Part shown: one piece after another, positions 18,338 through 29,356 of the stretch
How positions within the stretch are numbered: position 1 is the stretch's first letter
Layout: each line of letters begins with the position of its first letter
The notes under the pieces: model-generated
The model's input: the letters and a program-made list of their open reading frames with translations, nothing else
Told to the model about the DNA's origin: nothing
Database searches by the model: none
DNA from: Pseudoprimorskyibacter sp.
Lineage (GTDB): Bacteria > Pseudomonadota > Alphaproteobacteria > Rhodobacterales > Rhodobacteraceae
Length of the DNA: 64,000 nucleotides
Reading direction: 5' to 3'
Assembly: GCA_029251265.1 (NCBI GenBank)
Contig: JAQXDR010000070.1
Location: forward strand, 11,724 to 75,723
Program-made: the position numbers and the translations under genes

Positions 18338-19930
18338 ATGAAACGACCCTTGGGTGCGCAAATCTCACATATGCTAAAGGCACGCGGCGTTGATGTCATC
18401 TTTGGCATTCCCGGTGTTCATAACGTTGAAATGTATCGCGGAATAGAAGAGGCCGGAATCACGCACGTACTTGCGCGCAATGAAATGGGCGCTGGATTTA
18501 TGGCGGATGGCTATGCAAGGGCATCTGGCAGGCCGGGTGTTTTGTATGTCATCACCGGGCCCGGGTTGACCAACGCCATGACCCCGCTGGGACAAGCCGA
18601 CAGCGACAGCGTGTCCGTGTTGGCAATTTCGTCTTGTCTGGATGAGGTTGCAGCGACCAAAGGGCAGTTGCACCAGATGCGAGATCAGCGGGCTGCGGCA
18701 GCCTGTGTCACGGCTGCCTCGGACGAGGCGCGCAATGCAGAGAGTGCCTACAGGCTCATCGACCGTGCCTTTGAAGCCTTTGCGGTTGATCGTCCGCGTC
18801 CACGCCATATTCAGGTGCCCATTGCGGAACTTGGCCGGTTGGCAGTCGCTCCGCCCGCTGCGCGTGCCCGGTCTGCGCGCGCGTCTGCGTCTCACGATCA
18901 AATCACTCAGGTTGCAACCCGACTGTTGGCGGCGCAGCGACCTTTGTTTGTCTTTGGAGGCGGCGCAGTCAAAGGCGCAGATGCGGTGCCGCATCTGTTG
19001 CAGCAAACCGGGGCGGCCGCCCTGACGACCTACGCGGGTCGCGGAATTGTTCCGCCCGGACATCCCCAAAGCTTTGGGGCAAGCCTCGCGCGTCCCGAAA
19101 CAGCAGACATCGCTGCGCAGGCTGATCTGGTTATTGCGGTCGGAACAGAGTTGTCCGAAGTTGATCTCTGGAGGTCGCATCTGGGCCATACTGCGCCAAT
19201 GATCCGTGTGGACATTGATGCGGCAATTTTTGATGGTCTTCAGGAGGGTGACACAGGCATCCTGGGAGACGCAGCACAGTTTTTGCCAGCACTCAGTTTG
19301 GCAATTGCCGCGCGAACCGGGGACTGCGCACCGAAATGGGATCTGTTAGAAATTGCAGATACCAAGGCACGGTTCCGTGCCGAGACCGAGGCTGAACGCC
19401 CCGGCATTGCGCGTATTGCAGATGCATTGTCTGCGGCAATGCCTCGGGATTTGATGGTCTACTCGGATATGACGCAATTTGCATATGTGGCCAAAGAGAT
19501 CTGGGAAATGCAGCGGCCGGGTCACTGGCATCATCCATTTGGGTACGGCACCCTTGGATACGGTATGCCAGCGGCGATTGGCGGGGCAGTGGCGCGCGCC
19601 GGCATGCCGACACTTGCCATGGTTGGAGACAGTGGGTTTCAATACACACTCCAAGAGCTTGGCACTGCCGTGGAGCTGGGTCTTGGCCTTCCAATCCTGC
19701 TCTGGGACAATGGCAAGCTGAAAGAAATTGAGGACAGCATGGTCGCAAGTCAGATCGCGCCCAATGCTGTGGTTGCGCGCAATCCTGATTTTCTGGCTCT
19801 TGCCCGTGCCTACGGGGCACATGCGACCCAGCCTTGTGACCTGAATGCTTTGATTTCCGACATCAACGCAGCGTTTACAGCCGACGTGCCCACTTTGATC
19901 CGCGTCACTCCAGCCATTAAAAACAGCTAA
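18338..19930 (+). CDS. thiamine pyrophosphate-dependent enzyme (acetolactate synthase / 2-oxoacid decarboxylase family)
   Basis: 530 aa with an N-terminal TPP-pyrimidine domain (GIPGVHNVEMY...GPGLTN) and the C-terminal GDSGFQYT TPP motif. Confidence 0.85.
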   Translation: MKRPLGAQISHMLKARGVDVIFGIPGVHNVEMYRGIEEAGITHVLARNEMGAGFMADGYARASGRPGVLYVITGPGLTNAMTPLGQADSDSVSVLAISSCLDEVAATKGQLHQMRDQRAAAACVTAASDEARNAESAYRLIDRAFEAFAVDRPRPRHIQVPIAELGRLAVAPPAARARSARASASHDQITQVATRLLAAQRPLFVFGGGAVKGADAVPHLLQQTGAAALTTYAGRGIVPPGHPQSFGASLARPETADIAAQADLVIAVGTELSEVDLWRSHLGHTAPMIRVDIDAAIFDGLQEGDTGILGDAAQFLPALSLAIAARTGDCAPKWDLLEIADTKARFRAETEAERPGIARIADALSAAMPRDLMVYSDMTQFAYVAKEIWEMQRPGHWHHPFGYGTLGYGMPAAIGGAVARAGMPTLAMVGDSGFQYTLQELGTAVELGLGLPILLWDNGKLKEIEDSMVASQIAPNAVVARNPDFLALARAYGAHATQPCDLNALISDINAAFTADVPTLIRVTPAIKNS

Positions 19931-20000
19931 AGTGTCTGTTCAACACCGGGTCATGTGTGACTGCCGAAAATCAGAACCTCAACAAATGGTCGCGAGGATT

Positions 20001-20927
20001 TCAGATATCCAAGCACCAGCGCATGATGGCCTTTTGCGCATGCAGACGGTTTTCGGCTTCGTCAAATATAACTGACTTGGGGCCATCCATGATCTCAGAG
20101 GTGACCTCTTCGCCACGGTGTGCAGGCAGGCAGTGCATGAAAAGTGCGTCGGGTTTGGCATGACGCATCAATTCGTCATTCACCTGATACTGGCGCAGCA
20201 TGTTATGGCGGCGTTCTCGCGAACTTTGTGCATCATGCATGCTGACCCAAGTGTCCGTTACCACCAAATCAGCGCCATCAACGGCCTTGATCGGGTCACG
20301 TTCGATTTGGACAGAGACACCTGCATTCCGGGCAAGGCCCACAAACTCCATTTCGGGATCCAGTTGTACCGGTCCCGTGAACGTCAGGTCAAACCCGAAT
20401 TGTGCTGCTGCATGCAGGAAAGACGCGCAGACATTGTTGCCATCGCCAGTCCAAACCACCTTTTTCCCGGCTATAGGGCCGCGGTGTTCTTCAAAGGTCA
20501 TGACATCCGCCATGATTTGGCAGGGGTGCGTGCGATCGGTCAAGCCGTTGATGACTGGCACTGTGGCAAATTCCGCCATTTCATGCAGGACGCTTTCATC
20601 AAACGTGCGGATCATGATCAGATCGACAAAACGGCTGAGCACACGTGCAGTGTCTGCAATTGTTTCCCCATGCCCTAGTTGCATGTCACTGCCTGACAGA
20701 ACCATAGATTGACCGCCCATCTGACGCACGCCAACATCAAAACTGACGCGGGTCCTTGTGGAGGGTTTTTCAAAAATCAGCGCAACAACATGGCCAGTAA
20801 GAGCCTGTTCATCGTCCAAAGCACCCTTCGGACGGCCAGCGCGCGCATTTTTGATCAAGCGCGCATTGTCGATAATATTGCGCAGCGCATCTGGCTTCGT
20901 TTTGTGTATATCAAGAAAGTGGTTCAC
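20001..20927 (-). CDS. argF: ornithine carbamoyltransferase
   Basis: 308 aa with STRTR, HPCQ and HCLP motifs. It overlaps argD by 4 nt. Confidence 0.95.
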   Translation of the reverse strand: MNHFLDIHKTKPDALRNIIDNARLIKNARAGRPKGALDDEQALTGHVVALIFEKPSTRTRVSFDVGVRQMGGQSMVLSGSDMQLGHGETIADTARVLSRFVDLIMIRTFDESVLHEMAEFATVPVINGLTDRTHPCQIMADVMTFEEHRGPIAGKKVVWTGDGNNVCASFLHAAAQFGFDLTFTGPVQLDPEMEFVGLARNAGVSVQIERDPIKAVDGADLVVTDTWVSMHDAQSSRERRHNMLRQYQVNDELMRHAKPDALFMHCLPAHRGEEVTSEIMDGPKSVIFDEAENRLHAQKAIMRWCLDI

Positions 20928-22105
20928 GGCTTGGCCTTTTCTATCGCCTGCGCCACCTGTTCGAGGCGCGACAGTGCCTCGGACGCCTCGTCATCGCTGA
21001 GCGTCAGCGCGGGCAACAGGCGCAGTGTATTTTCTGCTGCGGGAATGGTGATCAGTTGGGCGTCATAGGCTGCCTGCACCACATCACCAACGGGTGTTAC
21101 GCAAACGAGACCCAACATCAGACCTGTGCCGCGAACTTCGGAAAAGACATCTGGATGACTGGCCACAAGGGCCTCTAGTCCTTGACGCAGACGGCCTGCC
21201 ACGCCGGTGACATGATCCAGAAAGCCGTCTTCAGTGACGGTGTCCATAACAGCGCAGCCCACCGCACAGGCAAGAGGATTTCCACCATAAGTCGACCCAT
21301 GTGTGCCCTTGGTCATGCCCGCGGCTGCCTCTTCGGTTGCCAGCACAGCGCCAAGTGGGAAACCGCCGCCAATGCCTTTTGCCACCATCATGATATCAGG
21401 CGATATGCCCGCCCATTCATGAGCAAACAGCCGACCGGTCCGGCCCATGCCGCATTGAACCTCGTCAAGGATCAAGAGTGCGTCGGTCGTATCGCACAGA
21501 TCGCGCAACCCTTTCAAACATACGTCGGGCAGCGGGCGAATGCCGCCCTCTCCCTGAATAGGTTCCACGATAACTGCGGCAGTCTTGTCTGTAATGGCCG
21601 CTTTCAGTGCCTCGTGATCGCCCCAGGCCACATGTGTGAATCCCGGCATCAGTGGACCGAATCCTTCGGTCAGTTTGTCTGCACCGGCCGCTGCAATCGC
21701 CCCGGTGGAACGCCCGTGAAACGCACCCGTGATCGTCACAATCTCGATACGATCGGTCTGGCCTTTGTCATGCCAGTATTTGCGCGCCATCTTCAGAACC
21801 AGTTCACAGGATTCAGTACCAGAATTGGTAAAGAAAACCGTATCAGCAAAACTCGCATCCACGAGTTTTTGCGCGAGGGCTTCTTGTTGAGGGATTTCGT
21901 ACAGGTTGGAAACATGCCAAACGGCATTCGCCTGATCAGTAAGGGCCTGCACAAGCGTCGGGTGACAATGCCCCAACAAGGTCACAGCAATACCAGCACC
22001 CATATCCAGAAAACGTCGACCGTCTGCTTCCGTCAACCAAGAGCCTTCGCCCTTAACAAAGTGCAAAGGTGCGCGGGAATATGTAGGCAATACCGGTGTT
22101 ATCAT
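20924..22105 (-). CDS. argD: acetylornithine aminotransferase
   Basis: Class III aminotransferase upstream of argF. Start trimmed to [14 protein letters not shown], with an AAGGGA RBS. Confidence 0.9.
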   Translation of the reverse strand: MITPVLPTYSRAPLHFVKGEGSWLTEADGRRFLDMGAGIAVTLLGHCHPTLVQALTDQANAVWHVSNLYEIPQQEALAQKLVDASFADTVFFTNSGTESCELVLKMARKYWHDKGQTDRIEIVTITGAFHGRSTGAIAAAGADKLTEGFGPLMPGFTHVAWGDHEALKAAITDKTAAVIVEPIQGEGGIRPLPDVCLKGLRDLCDTTDALLILDEVQCGMGRTGRLFAHEWAGISPDIMMVAKGIGGGFPLGAVLATEEAAAGMTKGTHGSTYGGNPLACAVGCAVMDTVTEDGFLDHVTGVAGRLRQGLEALVASHPDVFSEVRGTGLMLGLVCVTPVGDVVQAAYDAQLITIPAAENTLRLLPALTLSDDEASEALSRLEQVAQAIEKAKP

Positions 22106-22313
22106 CGGTCGGGTCCCTTTTTGGCTGGAGGCTGCGTCTTTGCCAAGACGCCGCGAAACGGTCAAGCTAGATGAAGAGAGGACAACAAAACAAGTGACAC
22201 GGCGCTGTGCGTGTCAACGTCACGATCAGAATTTTTTTCGTCGAAGGGTGTTTGTTCTGTCCATGCCGTGGGCTTAGCGGGTTTGACCCCACTTTGGCAA
22301 GCCCCCAAAAACC

Positions 22314-25223
22314 TCATCCCAATTCAGCCAAACGCGCGACTGCCTCCTGCAGCTTGCTTGCCTCTTCTTCGCGTATGGCCAGATTTGCCTTGGTTTCTGC
22401 GATGACCTCATCCGGCGCCGAAGCAAGGAATTTCGGATTTTTCAGCCGCCCCGCCATGCCGCCTATCTCCTTGGCCAGTTTCGTCAGGCTTTTGTCCAGT
22501 CGCGCTTTTTCCTTTGCGACATCGATGATGCCATCCAGTGGCAGTCCAAAGGTTGCGCCCGGAATCGGAATGGTCACTGTTCCCTTGGGGAAATCGGCGA
22601 CGTGTTCTGCGGTCTGCACCTTTGTTTCACGGCGGATCATAGCAGAATTGGCGTCCCATGCTGACTGCGCATCTGTATCAATGTCGCGGACCAGAAGCGG
22701 GATTTCCGCGCTGGCCCTGACCCCCATCTGAGCCCGGGCAGACCGGATGCCGTCGATCAGGGCGATCACCAGCGCAATCTCTTTTTCGGCCTTGGGGTCA
22801 ACGGCATCTGCGGCCGGGTCTTCCGGCCAATCGCCATGCACCAACATTTTGGGGCGATCACAAAGGCTACCCCAAAGCTCTTCTGTGACAAAAGGCATGA
22901 TCGGATGCAGCATCAACAGGATTTGATCCAATGACCATGCCAATGTGGCCAGCGTTTCTGTTTTGGCCCCTGCATCTTCGCCATAGATTGACGGTTTGGA
23001 GAATTCGATGAAACGGTCGCAAAATGTGCCCCAGGTAAAGGCATACAGCGCCAGTGCCGCGTCATTGAACCTATAGTTTGTCAGTGCCTCGTCAACGGTT
23101 TCGCGGGTTTTGGCGATTTCTCCGATGATCCATTTGTTGACGGTCTGCGTGGTTTCAGGCCGCGCACCGGTATGGTTTTCAAACGCCCCGTTCATAGAGG
23201 CAAACCGCGCCGTGTTCCAAAGCTTGGTCGCAAAGTTGCGGTAGCCTTCGATCCGTTTCTTATCGAGCTTCAGCACGCCGCCAAGGCTGGCCATAGCCGC
23301 ATTGGTGAACCGCAGCGCGTCGGCGCCGTATTCATCGATGATGTCAAGTGGATCGACCACATTGCCCAGAGATTTGGACATTTTGCGACCTTTATCGTCG
23401 CGGACAAGGCCGTGCAGGTAGACGTCGTGGAAGGGGATCTGATCAACGACGGCGAGCTGCATCATCATCATTCGGGCGACCCAGAAAAAGAGGATGTCCT
23501 GTCCCGTGACCAGCACGCTTGTCGGGAAAAAGCGCCTCAGGTCGTCGGTTTGCTCTGGCCATCCTAGTGTACCAATCGGCCAGAGACCTGAGGAAAACCA
23601 AGTATCCAAGACGTCAGGGTCACGCGTTAATACAGCGTCGCTGCCCGCCATTGCCTGAGCTGCTGCTTTGGTTTCTGCACAGTACTGTTCGCCGTTTTGG
23701 TCAAACCACACAGGAATCTGATGCCCCCACCAGAGTTGGCGGCTGATGCACCATGGTTCAATGTTTTCAAGCCAGTGGTAATAGGTTTTCTCGCCGCTCT
23801 CGGGAACAATTTTTACAGTACCGTCCTTGACCGCGTCCAGAGCAGGACCAACGATTTTGGCTGCATCCACGAACCATTGGTCGGTCAGCATCGGCTCTAT
23901 CACGACCTTGGACCGATCGCCAAAGGGCTGCATGATGGCTTTTGCCTCGATCAAGGGCACGTGGGCCGCAGGATCGTCCTCTTCACCCAGTTTGGTGCCC
24001 AGACGCACGTCATCGGCGCGGGTCATGACGGCCAGACCCTCGGCGGTAATTTCAGACACCACAGCCTTGCGGGCCTCGAACCGGTCCATCCCGCGCAGGT
24101 GGTCGGGGACGAGGTTGACTGCATCGACCTCGGCTTCGGTCAGGGTCTTTTCTCCTTTGGCCACCGCCAGCGCCAGCGCGGCAGCCTCGGCATAAGGGGC
24201 GCCATCGGCTCGCAACGCGCCGCGTGTGTCCATCAGGCGGTAACAAGGAATCCCACCACGTTTGGCCACACCATAGTCGTTGAAATCATGCGCGCCTGTA
24301 ATCTTGACCGCGCCAGAGCCGAATTCGGGGTCGGGATAATCATCTGTGATGATCGGAATCAACCGGCGATGTTCTTTGGGTCCAACCGGTATTTCGCACA
24401 GCTGCCCGACAATGGGCGCGTAACGGTCGTCCGACGGATGTACCGCCACGGCACCATCGCCTAGCATGGTTTCCGGGCGGGTCGTCGCGATCGAGATATA
24501 GTCTCGTGTTTCGCGCAGGGTGACAGTCCCGTCTTCGTCCTTTTCGACATATTCATAGGTGGCCCCGCCCGCGAGCGGATATTTAAAGTGCCACATGTAG
24601 CCCGGGGTTTCGACGTTTTCGACCTCTAGATCACTGATCGCGGTTTCAAACTTTGGGTCCCAGTTTACCAAACGCTTGCCCCGATAGATGAAGCCTTTGT
24701 TATACATCTCAACAAACACGCGAATGACGGCATCGTGAAAATTGCCGTCCTCGCCCTCGGGCGCATTCGGCGCGCCCGACATGGTAAATGCCTCACGCGA
24801 CCAGTCGCAGGACGCACCAAGACGTTTTAACTGGCCTATAATCGTGCCGCGGGATTTCTTTTTCTGCTCCCAAACACGCAAGGTGAAGGCATCGCGACCC
24901 ATATCGCGCCGCGGTGGTTCGCCGTTTGCAGCCATTTCGCGTTCGGTCACCATCTGCGTGGCGATCCCCGCGTGATCCGTACCCGGTTGCCATAGCGTGT
25001 CAAAGCCGCGCATGCGGTGCCAGCGGATCAAGATGTCTTGAAGTGTGTTGTTAAACGCATGTCCCATATGCAGCGATCCGGTCACATTGGGGGGGGGGAT
25101 CATGATGCTAAAGGCGTCATTACGACGCTTATTCGCCCCTGCTGCAAAGGCACCAGTACTTTCCCAGGCTTTTGTAATGCGGGCTTCGGCCTCTGCGGCG
25201 TTAAAGCTGTCAGCAATTGTCAT
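22314..25223 (-). CDS. valS: valine--tRNA ligase
   Basis: About 970 aa with HMGH and KMSKS motifs and a C-terminal coiled coil. The start is probably [13 protein letters not shown] (25223) rather than the ORF-track start at 25244. Confidence 0.95.
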   Translation of the reverse strand: MTIADSFNAAEAEARITKAWESTGAFAAGANKRRNDAFSIMIPPPNVTGSLHMGHAFNNTLQDILIRWHRMRGFDTLWQPGTDHAGIATQMVTEREMAANGEPPRRDMGRDAFTLRVWEQKKKSRGTIIGQLKRLGASCDWSREAFTMSGAPNAPEGEDGNFHDAVIRVFVEMYNKGFIYRGKRLVNWDPKFETAISDLEVENVETPGYMWHFKYPLAGGATYEYVEKDEDGTVTLRETRDYISIATTRPETMLGDGAVAVHPSDDRYAPIVGQLCEIPVGPKEHRRLIPIITDDYPDPEFGSGAVKITGAHDFNDYGVAKRGGIPCYRLMDTRGALRADGAPYAEAAALALAVAKGEKTLTEAEVDAVNLVPDHLRGMDRFEARKAVVSEITAEGLAVMTRADDVRLGTKLGEEDDPAAHVPLIEAKAIMQPFGDRSKVVIEPMLTDQWFVDAAKIVGPALDAVKDGTVKIVPESGEKTYYHWLENIEPWCISRQLWWGHQIPVWFDQNGEQYCAETKAAAQAMAGSDAVLTRDPDVLDTWFSSGLWPIGTLGWPEQTDDLRRFFPTSVLVTGQDILFFWVARMMMMQLAVVDQIPFHDVYLHGLVRDDKGRKMSKSLGNVVDPLDIIDEYGADALRFTNAAMASLGGVLKLDKKRIEGYRNFATKLWNTARFASMNGAFENHTGARPETTQTVNKWIIGEIAKTRETVDEALTNYRFNDAALALYAFTWGTFCDRFIEFSKPSIYGEDAGAKTETLATLAWSLDQILLMLHPIMPFVTEELWGSLCDRPKMLVHGDWPEDPAADAVDPKAEKEIALVIALIDGIRSARAQMGVRASAEIPLLVRDIDTDAQSAWDANSAMIRRETKVQTAEHVADFPKGTVTIPIPGATFGLPLDGIIDVAKEKARLDKSLTKLAKEIGGMAGRLKNPKFLASAPDEVIAETKANLAIREEEASKLQEAVARLAELG

Positions 25224-25333
25224 GGGGGCGGGCCTTTCGTGCATTTACCGGTTTGGAATGATGTAACCAAACCTGGAACGCGGGGAAAGGGCCAAAGACC
25301 CTCCTAAAGTCCAACCCGAGCCTATCATCAGGA

Positions 25334-25610
25334 AATAAAAAAACGGCGACACATGGGAGGAATGTGTCGCCGTTTCAGTCCACGGGTGCCCAAAGGGAGG
25401 AGAGGGCGACCCGATCTGTTGTGCCGAGCGTCTTGACGATCAGCGAAATCCGTGACGGTGGCGCAAGGGAGGAAGCGCGCCACCGTCGAGATGTTCCTAC
25501 GCCTTGGGAGGAGGTAAGGCGCCGGAAGGTTGGACACTTGCGTCAGGGAGGAGGCGACGCGCCGGTCCGGTTATTGAACAAGCCGCAGGGAGGAGGACGC
25601 GGTCTGTCCA
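25334..25610 (-). ncRNA. tandem CcsR / 'cuckoo'-type sRNA array: six stem-loops with CCUCCUCCC-type loops, ending in an intrinsic terminator
   Basis: Hairpins by plus-strand coordinates: 25581-25603, 25538-25561, 25500-25521, 25454-25485 (11-bp stem), 25384-25412 and 25341-25375 (14-bp stem). The last is followed on the minus strand by a U-run. Every loop reads (C)CUCCUCCC or UCCUCCC on the minus strand. The array lies directly downstream of the DUF1127 gene. Confidence 0.7.
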
Positions 25611-25616
25611 AATCAC

Positions 25617-25826
25617 TTAATGTCTTTGCGCCTCTTCCCAGGCGACGCTGTTTAGCATGGAACGATCCAAGCCCAGATCGGCCAGATCACGTCCGCTGAT
25701 GGACTGAAGTTCTGCCAGAGTGCGTCGGTACGCTCTGTACTGAGCCACGCGGCGGGTTGCGCTGTGCGCAACTGCTGCAATGCGGTCGGCCAAAGACGAA
25801 GAATTGTTTAGCTGTACAAGTGCCAT
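25617..25826 (-). CDS. DUF1127 small protein (CcaF1-like)
   Basis: 69 aa with an Arg-rich C-terminal half: YRAYRRTLAELQSISGRDLADLGLDRSML, which is the DUF1127 signature. Confidence 0.85.
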   Translation of the reverse strand: MALVQLNNSSSLADRIAAVAHSATRRVAQYRAYRRTLAELQSISGRDLADLGLDRSMLNSVAWEEAQRH

Positions 25827-26086
25827 GGTCTCATCCGCCTTTTCTGTTCTTTCGTTTGCGTTGTCGCTAACATGCGCCTATTGCTGCGATTGCACAATGC
25901 ACATTGCTGCAATGCAGCTATGCAACAAATGCAAGGGGTTGCGATGGATTTAAAGTGCTGAAGATCTATGCAGCAATCGGGTGGTTGACGTTGCACAACT
26001 TCCCACCATTTTATGTCGCGAACGCCTTTGTATTGTGCACGGGTTCGATCGTTGCAAATGACCATTCATCAAGGTAGCTGTTATTT

Positions 26087-27160
26087 ATGTCCGTAACTTC
26101 CGAAGAAATCCGCGCCGTCCTGTCCAGCATCTCGGCACCCGAAGGTGGAACACTCATTTCACGTGACATGATTCGTGCATTGACAATCGAGGGCGATCAG
26201 GTGCGTTTCGTCATCGAGGGACGTGATGTGACCGAAGCGCAAATGCTTGAACCAACACGGGCTGCCGCCGAAGCGGCTGTTGCTGCCCTACCGGGTGTTG
26301 CAAAGGTGCAGGCCTTGCTTACAGCGCATGGTCCGGCCGCAAAACCACAAGCCCCACCATCGTTAAAGGTCGGTGGACATCCAAAGCCGCAAGACGGACC
26401 AATCCGACCGACCGGCGTAGACCGCATTCTGGCTGTGGCATCTGGCAAAGGTGGCGTGGGAAAGTCGACAGTGTCCTCCAACCTTGCGGTTGCTCTCGCG
26501 AGGTCTGGCCGTCGGGTTGGATTGTTGGATGCTGACATCTACGGACCGTCTCAGCCGCGCATGATGGGTGTGAACAAACGCCCTGCCAGTCCGGATGGTA
26601 AAACGATTGAACCTCTGCACGCCCACGGCGTCACCTTGATGTCCATCGGCCTGATGGTTGATCCGGCCAAAGCCGTCGTTTGGCGTGGACCGATGCTAAT
26701 GGGCGCGTTGCAGCAAATGCTCAGTCAGGTGAAGTGGGGGCAGCTGGACGTGCTGATCGTTGATCTGCCACCCGGTACTGGGGATGTGCAGTTGACTTTA
26801 TGTCAAAAAACAAAACTGTCGGGTGCTTTGGTGGTCAGTACACCGCAAGACGTCGCCCTGCTGGATGCCCGCAAGGCCATTGATATGTTTAATACGTTAA
26901 GCACTCCGGTCTTGGGATTGATCGAAAACATGTCCACGTTCCACTGTCCCAAATGCGGGCATGAATCGCAAATCTTTGGACATGGTGGTGTGGCCGCCGA
27001 AGCGAAACACTTGGGTTTGCCCTTTTTGGGCGCGCTTCCGATCGATTTGGACACGCGTCTTGCGGGCGACGCGGGACGTCCGATTGCGGCCGGAGACAGC
27101 GTTGTTGCGCAGGCCTATCATCAACTTGCGCAACGGTTGGTAGATGGGGGTATGGCCTAA
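26087..27160 (+). CDS. apbC: Mrp/NBP35-family iron-sulfur cluster carrier ATPase
   Basis: 357 aa with an N-terminal DUF59-like segment, a deviant Walker A ([10 protein letters not shown]) and a CPKCG motif. Confidence 0.9.
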   Translation: MSVTSEEIRAVLSSISAPEGGTLISRDMIRALTIEGDQVRFVIEGRDVTEAQMLEPTRAAAEAAVAALPGVAKVQALLTAHGPAAKPQAPPSLKVGGHPKPQDGPIRPTGVDRILAVASGKGGVGKSTVSSNLAVALARSGRRVGLLDADIYGPSQPRMMGVNKRPASPDGKTIEPLHAHGVTLMSIGLMVDPAKAVVWRGPMLMGALQQMLSQVKWGQLDVLIVDLPPGTGDVQLTLCQKTKLSGALVVSTPQDVALLDARKAIDMFNTLSTPVLGLIENMSTFHCPKCGHESQIFGHGGVAAEAKHLGLPFLGALPIDLDTRLAGDAGRPIAAGDSVVAQAYHQLAQRLVDGGMA

Positions 27161-27284
27161 AGCATTCTTTGGGGCCTTGGCCGCTGAGACAGGCTTATCT
27201 TTGGTGATTGCGGTTGCGCGTCAGCCTTGTTCAATTGCCTATAACAGTGCGATACCTTGATCCAAACCCTTAGCGAAGGCCCAT

Positions 27285-28409
27285 TTGATGTCCTTTTTCG
27301 GCAAATTACGTGACCGTTTGTTCAAATCTTCGTCCAAATTGGACGAGGGGCTTGACGCCATTGTGGATGATGGAGGCGAAACAACAGACGTTTCCGATAT
27401 TGAACCGACACCAGCCGATGCCGTTTCGGAACCGCGCGTACCTGAGGCGCCTGAAAATCGGCGTCCGCTGTCTGCGACAGCATCCGAAAACCCAGCGGTC
27501 GCACCAAAGGCTGAAAAACCGGGACTGATGTCACGCGTCTTTGGGGGCGGGGCTGTGACCGGTCCGGTCACACGCAGGGTTTTGGACGATGACATGCTGG
27601 AAGAGCTCGAAGAGCTATTGATCGCCAGCGATATGGGCGTCGATACTGCCCTTCGCGTCACAGCTAATATGGCCGAAGGACGTTTTGGCAAACGTTTGTC
27701 CGCATCCGAAATCAAGTCACTGATGGCAAAAGAGATTGCAGCCATTATGGAGCCTGTCGCACGGCCTTTGCCACTATTCCCCAAAACGCCTCAGGTCATA
27801 TTGGTGGTTGGCGTGAATGGGTCTGGCAAGACGACCACGATTGGTAAACTGGCCTCGCAGTTTCGGGCTGCGGGGAAATCGGTGGTCATTGCCGCCGGTG
27901 ATACCTTTCGTGCGGCTGCGGTTCAGCAACTACAGGTTTGGGGGGATCGGGCCGGTGTGCCAGTGTTAACCGCGCCCGAAGGCAGTGATCCCGCCAGTCT
28001 TGCATTTGATGCGCTCACTCAGGCGCAGCACGACGGAGCCGATTTGTTGATGATCGACACGGCTGGGCGTCTGCAGAATCGCACAGATCTGATGGAGGAA
28101 CTGGCCAAGATCGTGCGTGTGATCCGCAAGGTCGATCCCGAGGCACCGCACAATACACTTTTGGTGCTGGATGCGACCACGGGACAAAATGCAATCAATC
28201 AGGTTCAGACCTTTCAAAAAATGGCCAATGTGTCCGGGCTGGTGATGACCAAATTGGATGGTACAGCCAAAGGTGGCATCCTTGTCTCGCTGGCAGATAA
28301 ATTTGGCCTGCCAATCCATGCCATTGGCGTTGGTGAACAGATTGATGACCTTGCGCCTTTTGATCCAGATGACTTTGCCATTGCTTTGACTGGGGCGGAT
28401 CGCAGGTGA
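27285..28409 (+). CDS. ftsY: signal recognition particle receptor FtsY
   Basis: Acidic N-terminal domain followed by an NG domain (GVNGSGKTTTIGKL, DTAGRL, TKLDGTAKGG). Confidence 0.9.
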   Translation: MMSFFGKLRDRLFKSSSKLDEGLDAIVDDGGETTDVSDIEPTPADAVSEPRVPEAPENRRPLSATASENPAVAPKAEKPGLMSRVFGGGAVTGPVTRRVLDDDMLEELEELLIASDMGVDTALRVTANMAEGRFGKRLSASEIKSLMAKEIAAIMEPVARPLPLFPKTPQVILVVGVNGSGKTTTIGKLASQFRAAGKSVVIAAGDTFRAAAVQQLQVWGDRAGVPVLTAPEGSDPASLAFDALTQAQHDGADLLMIDTAGRLQNRTDLMEELAKIVRVIRKVDPEAPHNTLLVLDATTGQNAINQVQTFQKMANVSGLVMTKLDGTAKGGILVSLADKFGLPIHAIGVGEQIDDLAPFDPDDFAIALTGADRR

Positions 28410-29317
28410 TAGACTGGCTGCTTGCCGTCGAAGGAACAGCAGCGGGTGCAAAATTGGCGCTTTGGTTGGCGTTGTTGGCCGCCTTTCTTCACGCAGTCTT
28501 TGGTGCGTTGCAAAAGGGGCGTCATGATCCCTGGATCAGCAGAACAGTCATTGATGCCTGGCTGGTGGTTCTGTCTTGTCCCATTGCAATTTTTCTGGTT
28601 CCTTGGCCCGAGCCATATTTGTGGCCGATCCTTATCGGTGCCATTCCAATCCACTTTAGTTACAAGTTGCTGCAGGCGCAGGCCTATTCCAAGGGCGCAT
28701 ATACGGTCGTCTATCCGGTGGTGCGAGGGACGGGGCCACTGTTCACAGTCATTGGGGCCTATTTCATCTTTGGGGAAAGCTTTTCTATCGGACAATGGTT
28801 CGGTGTCTTCGTATTATTGTCGGGGATCTTTGGGCTGGCGATTTACAACCTCATCTTTCTCGCAACGGATCGCGATACTCTCTTGCCAGCGCTTGGATTG
28901 GCTGTTGCGACGGGCCTTTTTGTGGCGCTTTATACCACGTATGACGCCTATGGTATTCGTGCGACCCAGAACCCCTTTACCTTTCTTGCGTGGTTTTTCT
29001 TTCTAACGGCACTGGATTTCCCACTTCTTTTTGCAGTGCGGCCTTCGCTTCGACGACGTCTGGGGGCGTTGACACTGCAGCCGTTGCTGTTGCGTGGGCT
29101 GGCAGGTGCACTGATTGCCTATGGCAGTTTTGGCGCAATCATGTTGGCAACGCGTCTTGGACAAGTGGGCGAGGCAGCCGTTCTGCGCGAAACATCACCG
29201 GTTTTTGCAGCACTGATTGGCTGGCTGGTCTTGCGAGAAACCGTTGGGCCGCGTCGTGTGGCTCTCATGGTCTTGATCGCTTTGGGCGCAGTGGTTGTTG
29301 AGTTTGCAGGGTCATGA
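28406..29317 (+). CDS. DMT (EamA-like) family transporter
   Basis: 303-aa protein with about 10 predicted transmembrane helices. Its GTG start overlaps the ftsY stop codon. Confidence 0.8.
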   Translation: MIDWLLAVEGTAAGAKLALWLALLAAFLHAVFGALQKGRHDPWISRTVIDAWLVVLSCPIAIFLVPWPEPYLWPILIGAIPIHFSYKLLQAQAYSKGAYTVVYPVVRGTGPLFTVIGAYFIFGESFSIGQWFGVFVLLSGIFGLAIYNLIFLATDRDTLLPALGLAVATGLFVALYTTYDAYGIRATQNPFTFLAWFFFLTALDFPLLFAVRPSLRRRLGALTLQPLLLRGLAGALIAYGSFGAIMLATRLGQVGEAAVLRETSPVFAALIGWLVLRETVGPRRVALMVLIALGAVVVEFAGS

Positions 29318-29356
29318 CGTCATATACACCCTATCGTTTTAAAGGTCCGAGGTTCC

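Noticed and set aside
25341-25603. Repeated GGGAGGA-containing units, considered as a possible CRISPR or tandem-repeat array.
   Set aside because: The conserved element is only 7-9 nt long. It always sits in a hairpin loop between unrelated stems, and the spacing is irregular (roughly 35-70 nt centre to centre). There are no 25-40 nt direct repeats and no cas genes. Structured sRNAs explain it better.
25364-25699. 111-aa plus-strand ORF (MSPFQSTGAQREERATRS...) with repetitive REE/GGG-rich sequence.
   Set aside because: Its periodic composition comes from translating the GGGAGGA hairpin loops of the sRNA array. It has no RBS, starts at GTG, and lies antisense to a well-supported DUF1127 3' region.
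25808-26065. 85-aa minus-strand ORF upstream of the DUF1127 gene.
   Set aside because: It is Cys- and Gln-rich because it is a translation of the TGCA-repeat promoter region. It overlaps the DUF1127 start and has no RBS.
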